DNA of 64,000 bases from Octopus sinensis (GCF_006345805.1 NC_042998.1:193564001-193628000); one strand, 5' to 3'; positions 12,983 to 25,342 are shown, numbered from the stretch's first letter. Numbers and translations are program-made. Notes: generated by a model not told the origin, from the sequence alone.

Positions 12983-13389
12983 CGCAGGAGTGTGCTGTGT
13001 GGTAAGTAGCTTAGCTGCTAACCAACCACATGATTCCGTGTTCAGTCCCACTGCGGGCATCTTGTGCAAGTGTCTTCTGCTATAGCCCCGGGCCGACCAA
13101 TGCCTTGTGAGTGGATTTGGTAGACGGAAACTGAAGGAAGCCTGTCGTGTATATATATATATATGTATGTGCGTGTGTGTGTTTGTGTGTCTGTGTTTGA
13201 CTCCCTAGCATTGCTTGACAACCGATGCTGTGTTTATATCCCCGTCACTTAGCGGTTCGGCAAAAAAGACCGATAGAATAAGTACTGGGCTTACAAAGAA
13301 TAAGTCCCAGGGTCGATTTGCTCGACTGAAGGCGCTGCTCTAGCATTGCCGCAGTCAAATGACTGAAACAAGTAAAAGAGTAAAAGAGT
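12981..13389 (+). mobile_element. tRNA-SINE family 1, full length
   Basis: ggcgcaggagt...gtggtaagtagc head through to the gaaacaagtaaaagagtaaaagag tail. Confidence 0.92.
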
Positions 13390-13489
13390 ATATATATATA
13401 TATCCTCTATTTCATTCTGTCGATTTCAAACTGGAGTTTATACACCTGAAAATGACACCCCATCACCGACATAATACAATGACTAATCC

Positions 13490-13490
13490 A

Positions 13491-13565
<75 letters not shown>

Positions 13566-13605
13566 TGTAGTAGTAGTAATATGTGTGTGTTTGTCTGTCT
13601 CTGTG

Positions 13606-13639
<34 letters not shown>

Positions 13640-13665
13640 TGTATGCATGTATGTATGTATGTAAT
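13490..13665. repeat. (AGT)n then (TATG)n microsatellites
   Basis: Direct reading of the sequence. Confidence 0.95.
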
Positions 13666-14634
13666 TATACATATATATGTTTGTGTGTCCGAATTTGTAA
13701 CACTATGGAATGAACAGTATTTCGAAGAATAATTCCTTTCGTGTGGTTTCCGTTTCTACTAAAAGCAGGCTGATTTTGCCCTTTAGAAGATTGATAAAAT
13801 AATGTACAGTGAATGTGTATTTTGCAGTTGATGGATACAAACCCGTTATGTCCCAAATTGGAATGTTTTCGTTGACATACTGAAGTAAGAATTGAGGAAA
13901 GAGAACTGAGCCCTGTTACAGACGAATCAAGAAGTTAGCATTATCAGAATGATAGAATACATAATCTAGTGTGTGATAAGCGAACAAGCATGTATCGATG
14001 TACTTGCTCAACCAGCTAAAAAATAACTGTCAAATCACAGGTATATAACAATTCATCGGCTTAAAAGAGGGGACTATGATACGATGCTCATGGCTGGATT
14101 ATCATAGTTTCTAAATTCGAGTCGCTGTGAGGTTAAACAGCAACAGCTAGAGTTCAAAGAAACGTGTTGATCTGCGTAGACGAAAGTGAAAGTGAAAGTA
14201 AAAAGAAACTAGTAAATAAGTGAATAAATGTAAGTTAGTTGTAAAGATAAATAAATTATAACACTTTTTACAGAAAAGGCTTTGCTCAAAGTGTGAAACC
14301 TCCCGTCTTCTCATAGCAAAAAAAAACACATTCTTAAAGAATTTTTTAAATTTTATTGACCAATACCATAATTGATATCTTCGCAGCTCATCAGCTCTAT
14401 CAAATTGCAAGCAAGCTGTTGCTGTCGTTGTCACCAAGAAAAATGAATTATGTCTTTAATTGTATATACGTCGGTGTCACAAAGTTCTGAAATCGGCGTT
14501 TGGAATCCCTCAGCGCTGGTAATAACTGAGATCACAATTACACAGAACACGATGCAGCGAGAGACCAGATTGTTCGGTATGAAAAGCATATTTTCATGGT
14601 TATGCTTGAAATACATCCAGTCTTGATGAAGTTG

Positions 14635-14643
14635 ATGATGATG

Positions 14644-14709
<66 letters not shown>

Positions 14710-14880
14710 TAAATAATAATAATAATAATAATATATATAATAATAATAATAATATATAATAATAATAATAATAATAATAATGACAATAATGATTATTATT
14801 ATAGTGTTATTATAATAGCGTTACAATTATTATTATTATTTTTATTATTATTTTATTATTATTATTATTATTATTATTAT
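14635..14880. repeat. (AAT)n followed by (ATT)n (polarity switch near 14795)
   Basis: Direct reading of the sequence. Confidence 0.95.
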
Positions 14881-15386
14881 GAATGAGAGAGCAGTGCATG
14901 CCATCGAAGTGACACTGGGGTAAAATATACAAAGCCCAGTATACCCATCATGACTACCCGTCTGATAAGGGTACACCAGGCACATGCATCACAACCATAT
15001 TTGCGCGACATGGTGCTCTCATATAAATAGCACATGACCTTGCAGGTGGGGCCCAGTTAGAATTTTCTTCAGGTTGAATAGCCCATCCTGAATAAGGGTT
15101 GTTTAAGGGTGTTGAACGAAACACCCATGTTTTCAAAGGTGAATTATCCAAACCTCTAAACATCAACACACAGCTATGATGCTCCCCCACTACTTCTACT
15201 CGTGATCAGAGGTGCACATATCGTCAGCCACTAAGGGACATGCTCAACTGGTTACGGTCAAACAATTGAGAAGCAAATCTGTGGTATTGAGCAGAATATT
15301 TGCAAAACAATGTACGTGATAACACTTCCAATCAGTTAAGATCAGAACCCATGAGAGCCACTGCCTGGTACTGCATCAGGGTATTT
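14881..15386 (-). mobile_element. About 0.5-kb non-coding element X embedded in (AAT)n
   Basis: Reverse complement of 26288-26845 with the same two termini (aaataccctgatgcagtaccagg ... gcactgctctctca[t/c]tc), flanked by AAT repeats. Confidence 0.8.
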
Positions 15387-15410
15387 ATTATTATTATTAT
15401 TATTATTATT

Positions 15411-16272
15411 CAGTAGTTTTATTTTTATAGCGTGCTTTCACTTCACTACCGAGCGCAGCTCTGTGTGCCTTGGGTGTGTGCTGTGATTTGTTGTGATACT
15501 CTGATGGTTATTGTATGGAAAGTGTTCTGCGTAGGATGTGTGCAGTGCCTAGTAGTGCAATTTTCTGTATGTTATTGTGTTTCTAAGTCCTGGTGTTTTT
15601 GTTATGTATTTGTCTGAATATTTTTTTATCATGCCTAATGCACCTACTATGATAGGAATTGTTTCTGTTTTCAGGTTGCACATTCTAGTTACTCTATTTC
15701 CAGGTCTTTGTATTTTGAGAGTTTCTCCATTTCTTTTAGAGACACGTTGTCATCTGCCGTATTGATACATCAATTAGAAAGCATTTTTTTTCTTCATGAT
15801 CTCTGACAACTATATCTGGTCTATTGGCCTTAATTTCTCTATCTGTGTGTATCGGCATATCCCAGAGTATGGTTGCTTTCTCGTTTTCTGTGACCTTTTC
15901 TGGTGTGTGCCTATACCATCTTTTTTCTGTTGTTATTCCATAATGTTGGCATAGCTTCCAATGTATGTAGGTTCCAACTCTGTCATGTCTGTGAATATAT
16001 TCCTTCTTAGCCAGGACTGGGCAGCTAGAGATAATATGATTTATTGTTTCTTGTCCATCTCCACATATTCTGCAGTTACTTGTAATATTTCTTTTCATTA
16101 CATGTTTTTGGTAATTTCTGGTGGGGAGGCTTTGGTCTTGTGCTGCAATTAAAAATCCCTCTGTTTCTGCTTTGAGTCCTGAGCTTCTCAACCATTGCTG
16201 GGATTTTTCTTTGTCTATTTCTTTTGCGTTTAGTTTAGTGCAGTATTTACCATGAAGGGGTTTTTCTTGCCA
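15411..16272 (-). mobile_element. 5'-truncated Dong/R4-like LINE inserted in (AAT)n
   Basis: WQEKPLHGKY..WLRSSGLKAETEGFLIAAQDQSL..CRICGDGQETINHIISSC..RHD..RPDIVV..IQKIALLGTAHILRRTLSIQ*, followed by a 3' UTR ending aaaataaaactactg(aat)n. Both junctions lie in AAT repeats. Confidence 0.92.
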
Positions 16273-16312
<40 letters not shown>

Positions 16313-17078
16313 TTATTATTATTATTATTATCATCATCATCATTATTATTATTATCATTATTATTATTATTATTATTATTAGGTTATAATCTACCTAATA
16401 TATTTGGCAAGTGTATGGAGGATAATTCCGCAGTGCAATACATCGTGTCCAATTTTCTAAATAGTCGTAGCGTGCCTTCGTGGTAATCACCTACCGTAGG
16501 GGAAAACCATCTTTGCTCTAAGTTAAGGCGGGATCGGAAAATTAAATCTGAAATCAAAGTGAATCTGCTTAGAATATACACATTTATTATCTCTTCTTTC
16601 TTATACATTATAAAGATATTAAATTTATCAGTCGTTGGTAACCATTTTATGTGAAATCATCAGCGTGGAATAACCCGAGGCAAATTAATTATGCTAAATT
16701 AAACATTTTATGAAGCTCAATAAAATTTCACAAGGTAAAACCATGTATACACTATTGATTACAGTAACAAAATCTTTCGGTCTCTGCGACGGAGATAAAT
16801 CTGTGATCTGTCCTATGACCAATGTTTTCTTTCTCTCTAATAATTAAACAGTTTGAATAATCATGACATCTGCATAGTTATAAGCTTGGTTACAGTCTTT
16901 AAGCAATTCTTTGTGTGTGTGTGGTGCGGTTTGCATTCAAATTTGACATGTATTTACATAAACAAAATCTTTGAGAAAGTGATTTTTATCTGTGTGTGTG
17001 TACGTATGTACATCTGTGTATATGTATAGTATGTATACACTTGTGTATGCATGCATGCATGTGCGTATGTATGAGTGA

Positions 17079-17109
<31 letters not shown>

Positions 17110-17139
17110 TGTATGTATGTATGTAGGGATGGAGGGATG

Positions 17140-17825
17140 GAGGGATGGAGGGATGGATGGATAAATGAATGGATGGATTGTGAAGTATCTTTGAAATGTC
17201 TTACAAATCTGCACTGTGCCGTTGATAGATTGGATTTGGAAAATCAGCATTAGTTTCTTTCGCTCTCTCTTCGGAAAATCCTTGTATTTCTAGCTTTTTG
17301 CATAAATTTGTTGGTGCATAACCTAATGTACCTATGATTATAGGTACAAATATGAATTTATAGTAAGGGTACCAGAACTGTATTTTCCGCATTAATTTAC
17401 CATAACTGTTCTCTTTTTCTTGGACTTTTAATTGTACCTTCACATCCATTAGGCTACTGACCTCAATTATATTGTATGACTTTTGTCTCTTGTCCAACAG
17501 AACAATATCAGTTCTGTTATGTTTACACCAAATTGATGTTTTTATTGGAGTATTCCACCAGTATTTCTTACCTTTGAAGATTTAGGTACATGCTAGTTCT
17601 GACATGCATTGCGGATAGTATTGTAAATAGTCTTTGCAACTATATCATGCCTCGGAGGAAGGTAGTATCTCGTAGACATGTCTAAGTAGCAGCTAATGAT
17701 GTCTGTGATATTTTCCACACTAGTATAGTAGAGCTGACATTTTCTTTTGGAGGTGTGGTGGTATGTTTGTCACTTTTATTTCTAAAGTATTTAGTACCTA
17801 TCTCTTATTCCTGGATAGCGAAGGT
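17140..17825 (-). mobile_element. R4-clade LINE family A fragment (CCHC + RLE)
   Basis: FAIQE*EIGTKY.. through to FIFVPIIIGTLGY..QIQSINGTVQICKTFQ, homologous to 8060-8733. It runs into (ATCC)n(ATAC)n and is cut at 17825 by a MULE end. Confidence 0.85.
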
Positions 17826-18031
17826 GGTTCCAAGAACATTCGCCGTAAACATTTTTGCCGCAAGAAATCTTGCCTCAGGAATTATCGACGTAGGAACTTT
17901 GCCGTATAGGAAATTTTGCCATTAGATAATTTCGCTGTATAATTTCGAGGTTATAGCAGGCAACCTGATTTAGAGAAATTGCTTTATGTGTGTGTGTATG
18001 TGTGTGTGTGTATGTGTGAGTGCGCGCGCGC

Positions 18032-18073
<42 letters not shown>

Positions 18074-19110
18074 TGTGGTGTTTGTGTGTGCGTGTGTTTT
18101 AGATGTAACTGTTTTTGTTTTGTTTTTGTTCTTTATAAATGTTATATTTATATTATATTATTTTTTACTTAAACAGAAGTTTTTTTTTTGGAAACATTAT
18201 CATTTTAGATTACTTTATTTTGCCCCACCCCCACTCACCTATAGCTTTCCCATGCTCTTCCCCGCACTCTTTACTATTACCCAGATATGCGCAAAAAGGT
18301 ATAGGTTTGTGAGTCATTTGATTGCTCCAAACATTGACATGTTCTGGTAAGGAAAAAAAGTCTTTTTATAAAAAGCACTTTATTATTAAAATTATTATTT
18401 AACTTGCCTCTTTTCAAGGTCAAACATTAGAAAATAAACAAAAAATGTATAAATTTATTAAAAAACATATGAAACTCTAAAAATTATCAAAAAATAATTT
18501 TAACTGTGTAAATTCCAAGCAATGCTTCTTAAATAAAGTACTTTCTGCGTCGGACTTAAATAAGGGATTTTCTGCTGGAGTCTTTCGTTGATATTAATAT
18601 ATATTTTCTTCATTAGGACTGCATATCTTCGATCTAAATCACACTTTTTTTCCTTTTCGCTACTGTCTCTTCCTTTTTCAAATACGTAATAAGTTTCCAC
18701 AAATATGGGTGCATGTTAAAAATGGGGCTTTGCATTGCATTGTGGAAGCATTCTACACTGTTTTTTATTTTCATCATATACAGTGAGTTTCAAAATATGA
18801 TACAAATTCTTGGGGCAAATTATCATCATCATCATCAGTTAGTTCAGGAAAACCATCAGTAACATGACGTAGTGGAAGAAATACTAATGCAGCGGAGTTT
18901 TTGATTTTGTTGTTAAATTCTGCGTCTGTTTGATAGCAACACTTTAAACCTATATCTACAATGTGGCGATAGATATTCTTAGCCATAAGAAATAAACAAC
19001 CTGTTGTATTTGTTTTTGGAAATATATCACAGAAAGCATTGATAATTGCTTCCTCGAAATCAACCATTAAGGTTTCAGGCTCTCATACTGAATGTAAGTC
19101 CTTCAAGCGA
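17826..19110 (-). mobile_element. Mutator-like (MULE) transposon, 3' portion with repetitive terminal region
   Basis: PETLMVDFEEAIINAFCDIFPKTNTTGCLF..AALVFLP..YFETHCI, then NSVECFHN..HPYLWKLI..YLRSIAWNLH*, typical of MULE transposases. The terminus at 17826-17945 is built of iterated tt(c/t)gccg motifs. Confidence 0.85.
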
Positions 19111-19140
19111 CGTTATTTCTGACTTACTAGGTAGCAAACA

Positions 19141-19199
<59 letters not shown>

Positions 19200-19252
19200 T
19201 ATATGGGAAAATAGTCAAGATAGAAAATGTTAAAATAATTTTATAAAAAACA

Positions 19253-19296
19253 TTTCATTACCGGTTTCAGTCATTGAGACTTTTTCAACTGTAAGT
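19253..19296 (-). ncRNA. Minimal type I hammerhead motif, U3-A8 variant, stem I imperfect
   Basis: The minus strand reads TTGAAAA-agtc/tcaat/gact-GAA-ACCGGT-A, adjacent to (TA)n. Confidence 0.55.
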
Positions 19297-19396
19297 GTGG
19301 AAAAGAGTTACTTTTGGAAAAATTAAAAGAAAAGTATTTTTTTAAAGAATATTTGCATAGTGTTCAAATACAAGTGCCATTTTCCTTGTTTCTGCC

Positions 19397-19456
<60 letters not shown>

Positions 19457-19665
19457 GTTTACTCTTGTGGGTTCGAGGTCGTTAGATGCCGTTATTTATC
19501 AAGTTCGCATTGTTTTAACTTATGTTTGAGTACAAATATAGTTTCCATGCTTACATATATTTACACGCATTTATCAAAGGCTAAACTCATGTAACGCTCT
19601 CCTTTAATGGCTTGTAGATACAATTTCCTAATCTACGAGAATTTTTGTTTGTTTGTTTGTTTCAG

Positions 19666-19765
19666 AAATCCAAGTTCTCAAAATTGGTGCCATTGCCCCT
19701 ATAATTACATATAAGGCCATGACATCATTCCTTGTGGATAGATTAAACAGTAATGGAACTTTCAG
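19666..19765 (+). CDS. Candidate internal exon (IQVLKIGAIAPIITYKAMTSFLVDRLNSNGTF), gene unidentified
   Basis: Pyrimidine-rich acceptor tttgtttgtttcag, donor cag|gtaact and one open frame. It loosely resembles the first beta-strand and helix of ANF-receptor-type ligand-binding domains. No partner exons were confirmed. Confidence 0.25.
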
Positions 19766-20364
19766 GTAACTGATTATGATGAGCGTGAAATTTTCATCGT
19801 TAATTTTTACAGACTGCAACAGTTGTTGCATTTCTGTGGTTTATCCTTTTGTGCATCGAGTAGTTGTAATTGTCTTTTGTTCTTGTATTCTTAAAGCACG
19901 CCCTTCAAAATGACAGTTAATATTTCTGTGGCTGGTCCAAGCTAAACTAATTTCGTCATCTATGCTGCTATCCCATTGAAGCTTTCTGTTAACAAAGCCA
20001 TATATGACCATCTGAATATTGTAAACAGCTTCTTTTCGTTTTTCATTTTTTTTTGTCCCGGTTACGTAGAGTTGTGCTGAGAATACTTTCCCATGATGAT
20101 TTTCTAACCCCCGTGATGTTATTTGCATTCTGTATGCAGATTTGCTCATCTAACCTTTTCACTCGTATTCTTTTTTCAAATGTTTACCAACTGACATTCA
20201 GCTTGGGACATATCAGTAACATCGATCTCCAGAATCTGAGGTGTATCAAAGTAATTATCCGTTTCTCTTGGATTAATTTAAAATCTCCACCCGAAACTAG
20301 ACCTGTGTCTAACGAAAACAAATTACATGTTTCTAATATAACTAAAATAATTTAAGAAGAAGAA

Positions 20365-20420
20365 ATGATGAAATCCATGTTTTTGCTTGTATTATTCACA
20401 ATGACATTAGCTCCTGAAAC
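20365..20420 (+). CDS. Candidate signal-peptide first exon (MMKSMFLLVLFTMTLAPE/T)
   Basis: The ATG is preceded by an in-frame TAA (20353-55), followed by a hydrophobic core and a canonical gtaagt donor at 20421. Confidence 0.2.
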
Positions 20421-21084
20421 GTAAGTGCAATTGCACCAAGCGAGAATAAACAAGCAGGTCAGACTCTAAGGTGTGATAGAAGTTCCGCTCTAATCTACGC
20501 CATCGTTTTATTAAGTGTGTTCGTCATCATAATATACGTGCATAAATACATATATATATATATATACATATGGATGTGAACGTACATATATGGAATTGAT
20601 TGTTGTAATTAATTATTTGGTGTTCATCTTTGCAGATTAATTTCATGTATTCATGCTGTTGCAAATAATTTATTTTAACCACGTAGTCGTGCATCAACGC
20701 CATATCGCTTTATCTAATTATTTATTGATTTCCACTAAAGATCATCACTGATATATTTGTATAATAACAAGCTTTCCATTCCTTGATTAAATCTTACATA
20801 TCTTGTTAGTTATTTCAAACAATTGGTTTACTTCTTATATAATTTTTTCAGATAATATCTTAATGTTAATTTATAGACCTTTCAAATAATCTATATCTGT
20901 CAGATTATAGTCGAAGAATCACGCATACGATTAGCATTATTCTTACCCCCATATGGTATAAGAAGAATTGGCCGAATTCTAACGAAGTGAAACCAGGAGT
21001 TTGACCATGTGACACGTTAAGGACATTGAAATACAAACTAACAGCTACATACATGTGAAGAACCATTCTATATACACTACCTAT

Positions 21085-21316
21085 TTCTTTACTACTGACA
21101 AGGGGCTAAACACAGAGACGACAAACAACGACAGACAAACGGATTAAGCCAATTACATCGACCCCAGTGCGCAACTGGTACTTATTTAATCGACCCCGAA
21201 AGGATGAAAGGCAAAGTCAACCTCGGCGGAATTTGAACTCACAACGTAGCGGCAGACGAAATACCGCTAGGTATTTCGCCCGGCGTGCTAACGTTTCTGC
21301 CAGCTCGCCGCCTTTA
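21085..21316 (-). mobile_element. tRNA-SINE family 2 monomer
   Basis: Reverse complement of ggcggcgagctggcagaaacgttagcacgccgggcg...cccttgtcagtagtaaagaaatag. Confidence 0.92.
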
Positions 21317-22010
21317 ATTCTACATACACTACCGTACTCTTCTACTAGACCATGCTTTCACACTTCATTACCACTTGATACACATCGTCTACGTTATACA
21401 TACACCTGATATATCATAGCACTACACTTAAAACAACTTCTTTCTTGTAGAAGGGGCCTCTTATATACATATAGACATGAATTGTCAGCATAAATGAGGT
21501 ATCACATCCATTTGACCGAATTATCCTTAAGCAGGGTTGACCTCAGGTTGAACAGTAAAAACTAAATCTTAATACAGTATGCTGCAAAAAACAACAACAA
21601 CAAAACTCGAAACAGCCAAAATTCATCATGTGTGTGTGTATGTACGTGTGTGCGTGCGTGCATGCGTGTGCGTGCATGCGTGTGCGTGCGCGCGTGTGTG
21701 AGCGCGAGCACACACTATGTACGAAGACATTGATGTAAAATTTCTCTAAGTCCCAGCAGTAATACTAAATCCAGTAAAGTATCCAACAGCGATAATATAG
21801 TCCATTCCTCTACTTGTAACTTGCAGTGTCCAAAATAATGGCTCTCTTAGCGATGACTGCGATAACTATGTTTCGAAAACTTTAGTCTATCATGCTTAAG
21901 TCCAACACGATAGCAATAATAATAGATTACATATTCTTAGATATTGACCGCGATCACATTAAGCTACACGTTACACTAATTAAAATGTTTCAATGAATTA
22001 ATTAACATGC

Positions 22011-22500
22011 AAGCGTGGGAGTGGCTGTGTGGTAAGTAGCTTGCTTACCCACCACATGGTTCCGGGTTCAATCCCACTGCGTGGAACCTTGGGCAAGTGC
22101 CTTCTACTACGGCTTCGGGCCGACCAAAGCCTTGTGAGTGGATTTGGTAGATGGAAACTGAAAGAAGCCAGTCGTGTATATATATATATATATATGTGTT
22201 GTGTGTGTGTGTGTGTGGGTGTGTGTGTGTGTGTGTGGTGTGGTGTGTGTGTGTGTGTGTTTGTGTGTATGTGTGGTGTGTGTGTGTTGTGGTGTGTGTG
22301 TGGTGTGCCTGTGTATGTCCCCTCAACATCTCTTGACAACCGATGCTGGTGTGTTAGGTCCCCGTAACTTAGCGGTTCGGCAAAAGTGACCGATAGAATA
22401 AGTACTAGGCTTACAAAGAATAAGTCCTGGAGTCGATTTGCTCGACTAAAGGCGGTGCTCCAGCATGGCCACGGTCACATGACTGAAACAAGTAAAAGAA
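22011..22500 (+). mobile_element. tRNA-SINE family 1 with an expanded internal (GT)n
   Basis: Full head, central block and tail. Confidence 0.92.
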
Positions 22501-22755
22501 TATGGTAATTATATTTCTACAAACACTAACACAGGAAAGACTCATTTACGTATACAGATTTAAATTTAATTCAATTTCTTGACTCAGATCTTAATGAAAC
22601 GTTTGTATCCGGTTTGTTTTGGAAAACTCTCAGCTGTTAGTTGGGGTTGATTTTGAACTAATTCTCACTTTGTTTTGGGAATTATTATCCATTTTGAATG
22701 TAAAAGGCTCTTGATTAATATAAAGATAAAGGTAAAATTCTCGAGTCATACTGAC

Positions 22756-23210
22756 TCACAAGAGCCGGCTTCCCGGTTTTATGACGCGTATATTCCCCAC
22801 CTGGACAGGACGCCGATCTATCGCAGGATTACACATTTTGACAGTTAAGCGGACTGGACCAATGTGAAACGAATTGTTTTGCTCAAAACACAACGCGTCG
22901 CCCGTTCCAGGAATCGAAACCACGCCTCCACATTGGCTAAATATAAAAATAAAATAATAAATGCGCCCTTTTAAAAGTCTAGCCAGGCTCATGGGCCCGG
23001 TTACCCGGTTTCTATGGTGTATGTGTTCCCCAGCTGGACGGGGCGCCAGTCCATCGCAGCATTACTCATTTTTGCAAGCTGAGTGGACGGGAACAACGTG
23101 AAATGAAGTGTTTTGCTCAAGAATACAACGCGTCGCCCGGTCCAGGAATCGAAACCACAATCTTATGATCATGATGCTGACACCCTAACGACTAAGCCAC
23201 GCGCCTCCAC
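22756..23210 (-). mobile_element. Two adjacent family-4 tRNA-SINEs (V-domain-like body)
   Basis: The copy at 22947-23210 has the 14-bp TSD ttggctaaatataa (22933-46 and 23211-24) and contains gcgatggactggcgccccgtccag, resembling the V-SINE domain. The copy at 22756-22932 is diverged and has a deletion in the head. Confidence 0.85.
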
Positions 23211-23596
23211 TTGGCTAAATATAACGTTGAGGAAAACATTTCACGTCAGTAAATAGCAGAACAATTTCAATAAAGACTTTTCAAAGTCAATATAGATCAA
23301 CTATAAAATTTGACTATCAAAGTGTTTTACAGTTGTGAATTAAGTGATTTGAGTATCAATGAATTAGGATTTTCATCTTGCAGCCCATCAAAAAGACATT
23401 TGTATACTATTTGTTCATGCTCATGATTTTGTAAGTCAAGAAACATTTTTTGTACTTGATTAAAAACCAATATTCTCTAGCATAATTCAGCATCGATACA
23501 TGATTTTTTTTATATATCTTTCAGTGTCTTTTCTTATTTAAATTACGAAGAATTGCAACATTGATATTGAAGCCTAAACTACTATACAACAGGTTT

Positions 23597-23990
23597 ACTC
23601 TTTTACTTGTTTCAGTCATTTGACTGTGGCCATGCTGGAGCACCGCATTTAGTCGAGCAAATCGACCCCAGGACTTATTCTTTGCAAGCCTAGAACTTAT
23701 TCTATCGGTCACTTTTGCCGAACCGCTAAGTTACGGGGACCTAAACACACCAGCATCGGTTGTCAAGCAATGTTGGGGGGTCAAACACAGTCGCACAAAC
23801 ACACACACATACATATATCTATATACATATATACGACGGGCTTCTTTCAGTTTCTATCTTCCAAACCCACTCACAAGGCTTTGGTCGGCCCAAGGCTATA
23901 GTAGAAGGCACTTGCCCAAGGTGCCACGCAGTGGGACTGAACCATTTGGTTCGTAAGCAAGCTACTTACCTCACACCCACTCCTACGCCT
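23597..23990 (-). mobile_element. tRNA-SINE family 1
   Basis: Full length, with TSD acaggttt (23589-96 and 23991-98). Confidence 0.93.
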
Positions 23991-24286
23991 ACAGGTTTCT
24001 AGAAAATTTTCACTGTGGGCAGTTTCAAATTTAAATGCTAGCGAAATGGTCTCCACCTTTGTTCTCTGCGGTCTCTCGACTTTCTTTAAATAGTGCCGTG
24101 ACCCTACCTCAGATTCCAAAATATACTCATTACGTGATGTGAACAATTTATCTGAAAAACATTCGGGATAATCATGAGGGGAATGTATTTGATCGGAAGC
24201 CAGTTTTCGCTCAATCAGAGCTGACCTGGGGTTAAACAACCACAAGATTACACATTAATAAAATAATGTCAAAGAATCATAGAAGT

Positions 24287-24655
24287 GGATGGAAGCACTC
24301 CGTCGGTTACGACGATGAGGGTTCCGGTTGATCCGAATCAACGGAACAGCCTGCTCGTGAAATTAACGTGTAAGTGGCTGAGCACTCCACAGACACGTGT
24401 ACCCTTAACGTAGTTCTCGGGGATATTCAGTGTGACACAGAGAGTGACAAGGCCGGCCCTTTGAAATACAGGTACAACAGAAACAGGAAGTAAGAGTGAG
24501 AGAAAGTTGTGGTGAAAGAGTACAGCAGGGATCACCACCATCCCCTGCCGGAGCCTCGTGGAGCTTTTTAGGTGTTTTCGCTCAATAAACACTCACAACG
24601 TCTGGGAATCGAAACCGCGAGTCCGCTGCCCTAACCACTGGGCCATTGCGCCTCC
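24287..24655 (-). mobile_element. tRNA-SINE family 3
   Basis: Head tggaggcgcaatggcccagtggttagggc, with 12-bp TSD aatcatagaagt on both sides. Confidence 0.9.
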
Positions 24656-25124
24656 AATCATAGAAGTATCTCATGACAGTCGCAAATCTCCGTGGTATGT
24701 AAGGATGCGTGTACGCATGTGAGCGTGTGTATGTGTATAGGCGTGTATATAGGTTCTCTTCTATCTTAATTATTTGAAGTCTTATTGTTAGGAAGGTGTT
24801 GGTTTCTAATAAAAGTACAAATCTCCCATCATTCGAATGTAGACAAGAGAACCACTGTCACATGTTAAACTTAAGAAAATCTTGCATAATTTTAATATTC
24901 TGCATGCAGATTGTAATTGTCGTGTGCGGGTTAGATGATTAATTTATTTTTCCAAAATACTAACTTTCCCAAAATGTCACATATAGCTGTGTATAATTTG
25001 ATGGCTCCATAATTTTGATTCCATAAAGTTATGCAACAACAATAACATAGATTCTTCCTATAACTGTATTACTAATGCATTCACACTCTTAATGGTAATT
25101 ATCTTCAGAAAGTCTAAAATCTAA

Positions 25125-25139
25125 AACAACAACAACAAC

Positions 25140-25231
<92 letters not shown>

Positions 25232-25340
25232 AATGATAATAATGAGAAGAAGAAGAAGAAGAAGAAGAAGAAGAAGAAGAAGAAAGAAGAAGAAGAAGAA
25301 GAAGAAGAAGAAGAAGAAGAAGAAGAAGAAGAAGAAGAAT
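25125..25340. repeat. Compound trinucleotide array (AAC)n(AAT)n(GAT)n(GAA)n
   Basis: Direct reading of the sequence. Confidence 0.97.
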
Positions 25341-25342
25341 TA

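Noticed and set aside
12981-13060. tRNA-like sequences at SINE heads
   Set aside because: They lack a complete cloverleaf and are fused to SINE bodies, so they are not tRNA genes.
16491-16543. Minus-strand exon-like segment (DLIFRSRLNLEQRWFSPT)
   Set aside because: It is short, has no homology I recognise, and is not linkable to other candidates.
21167-21409. Recurrent MRNWYLFNRPR.. ORFs (also 36055, 36606)
   Set aside because: They are antisense readings of SINE family 2.
23871-24245. 124-aa minus-strand ORF
   Set aside because: Both ends lie in SINE sequence and the middle has no recognisable similarity.
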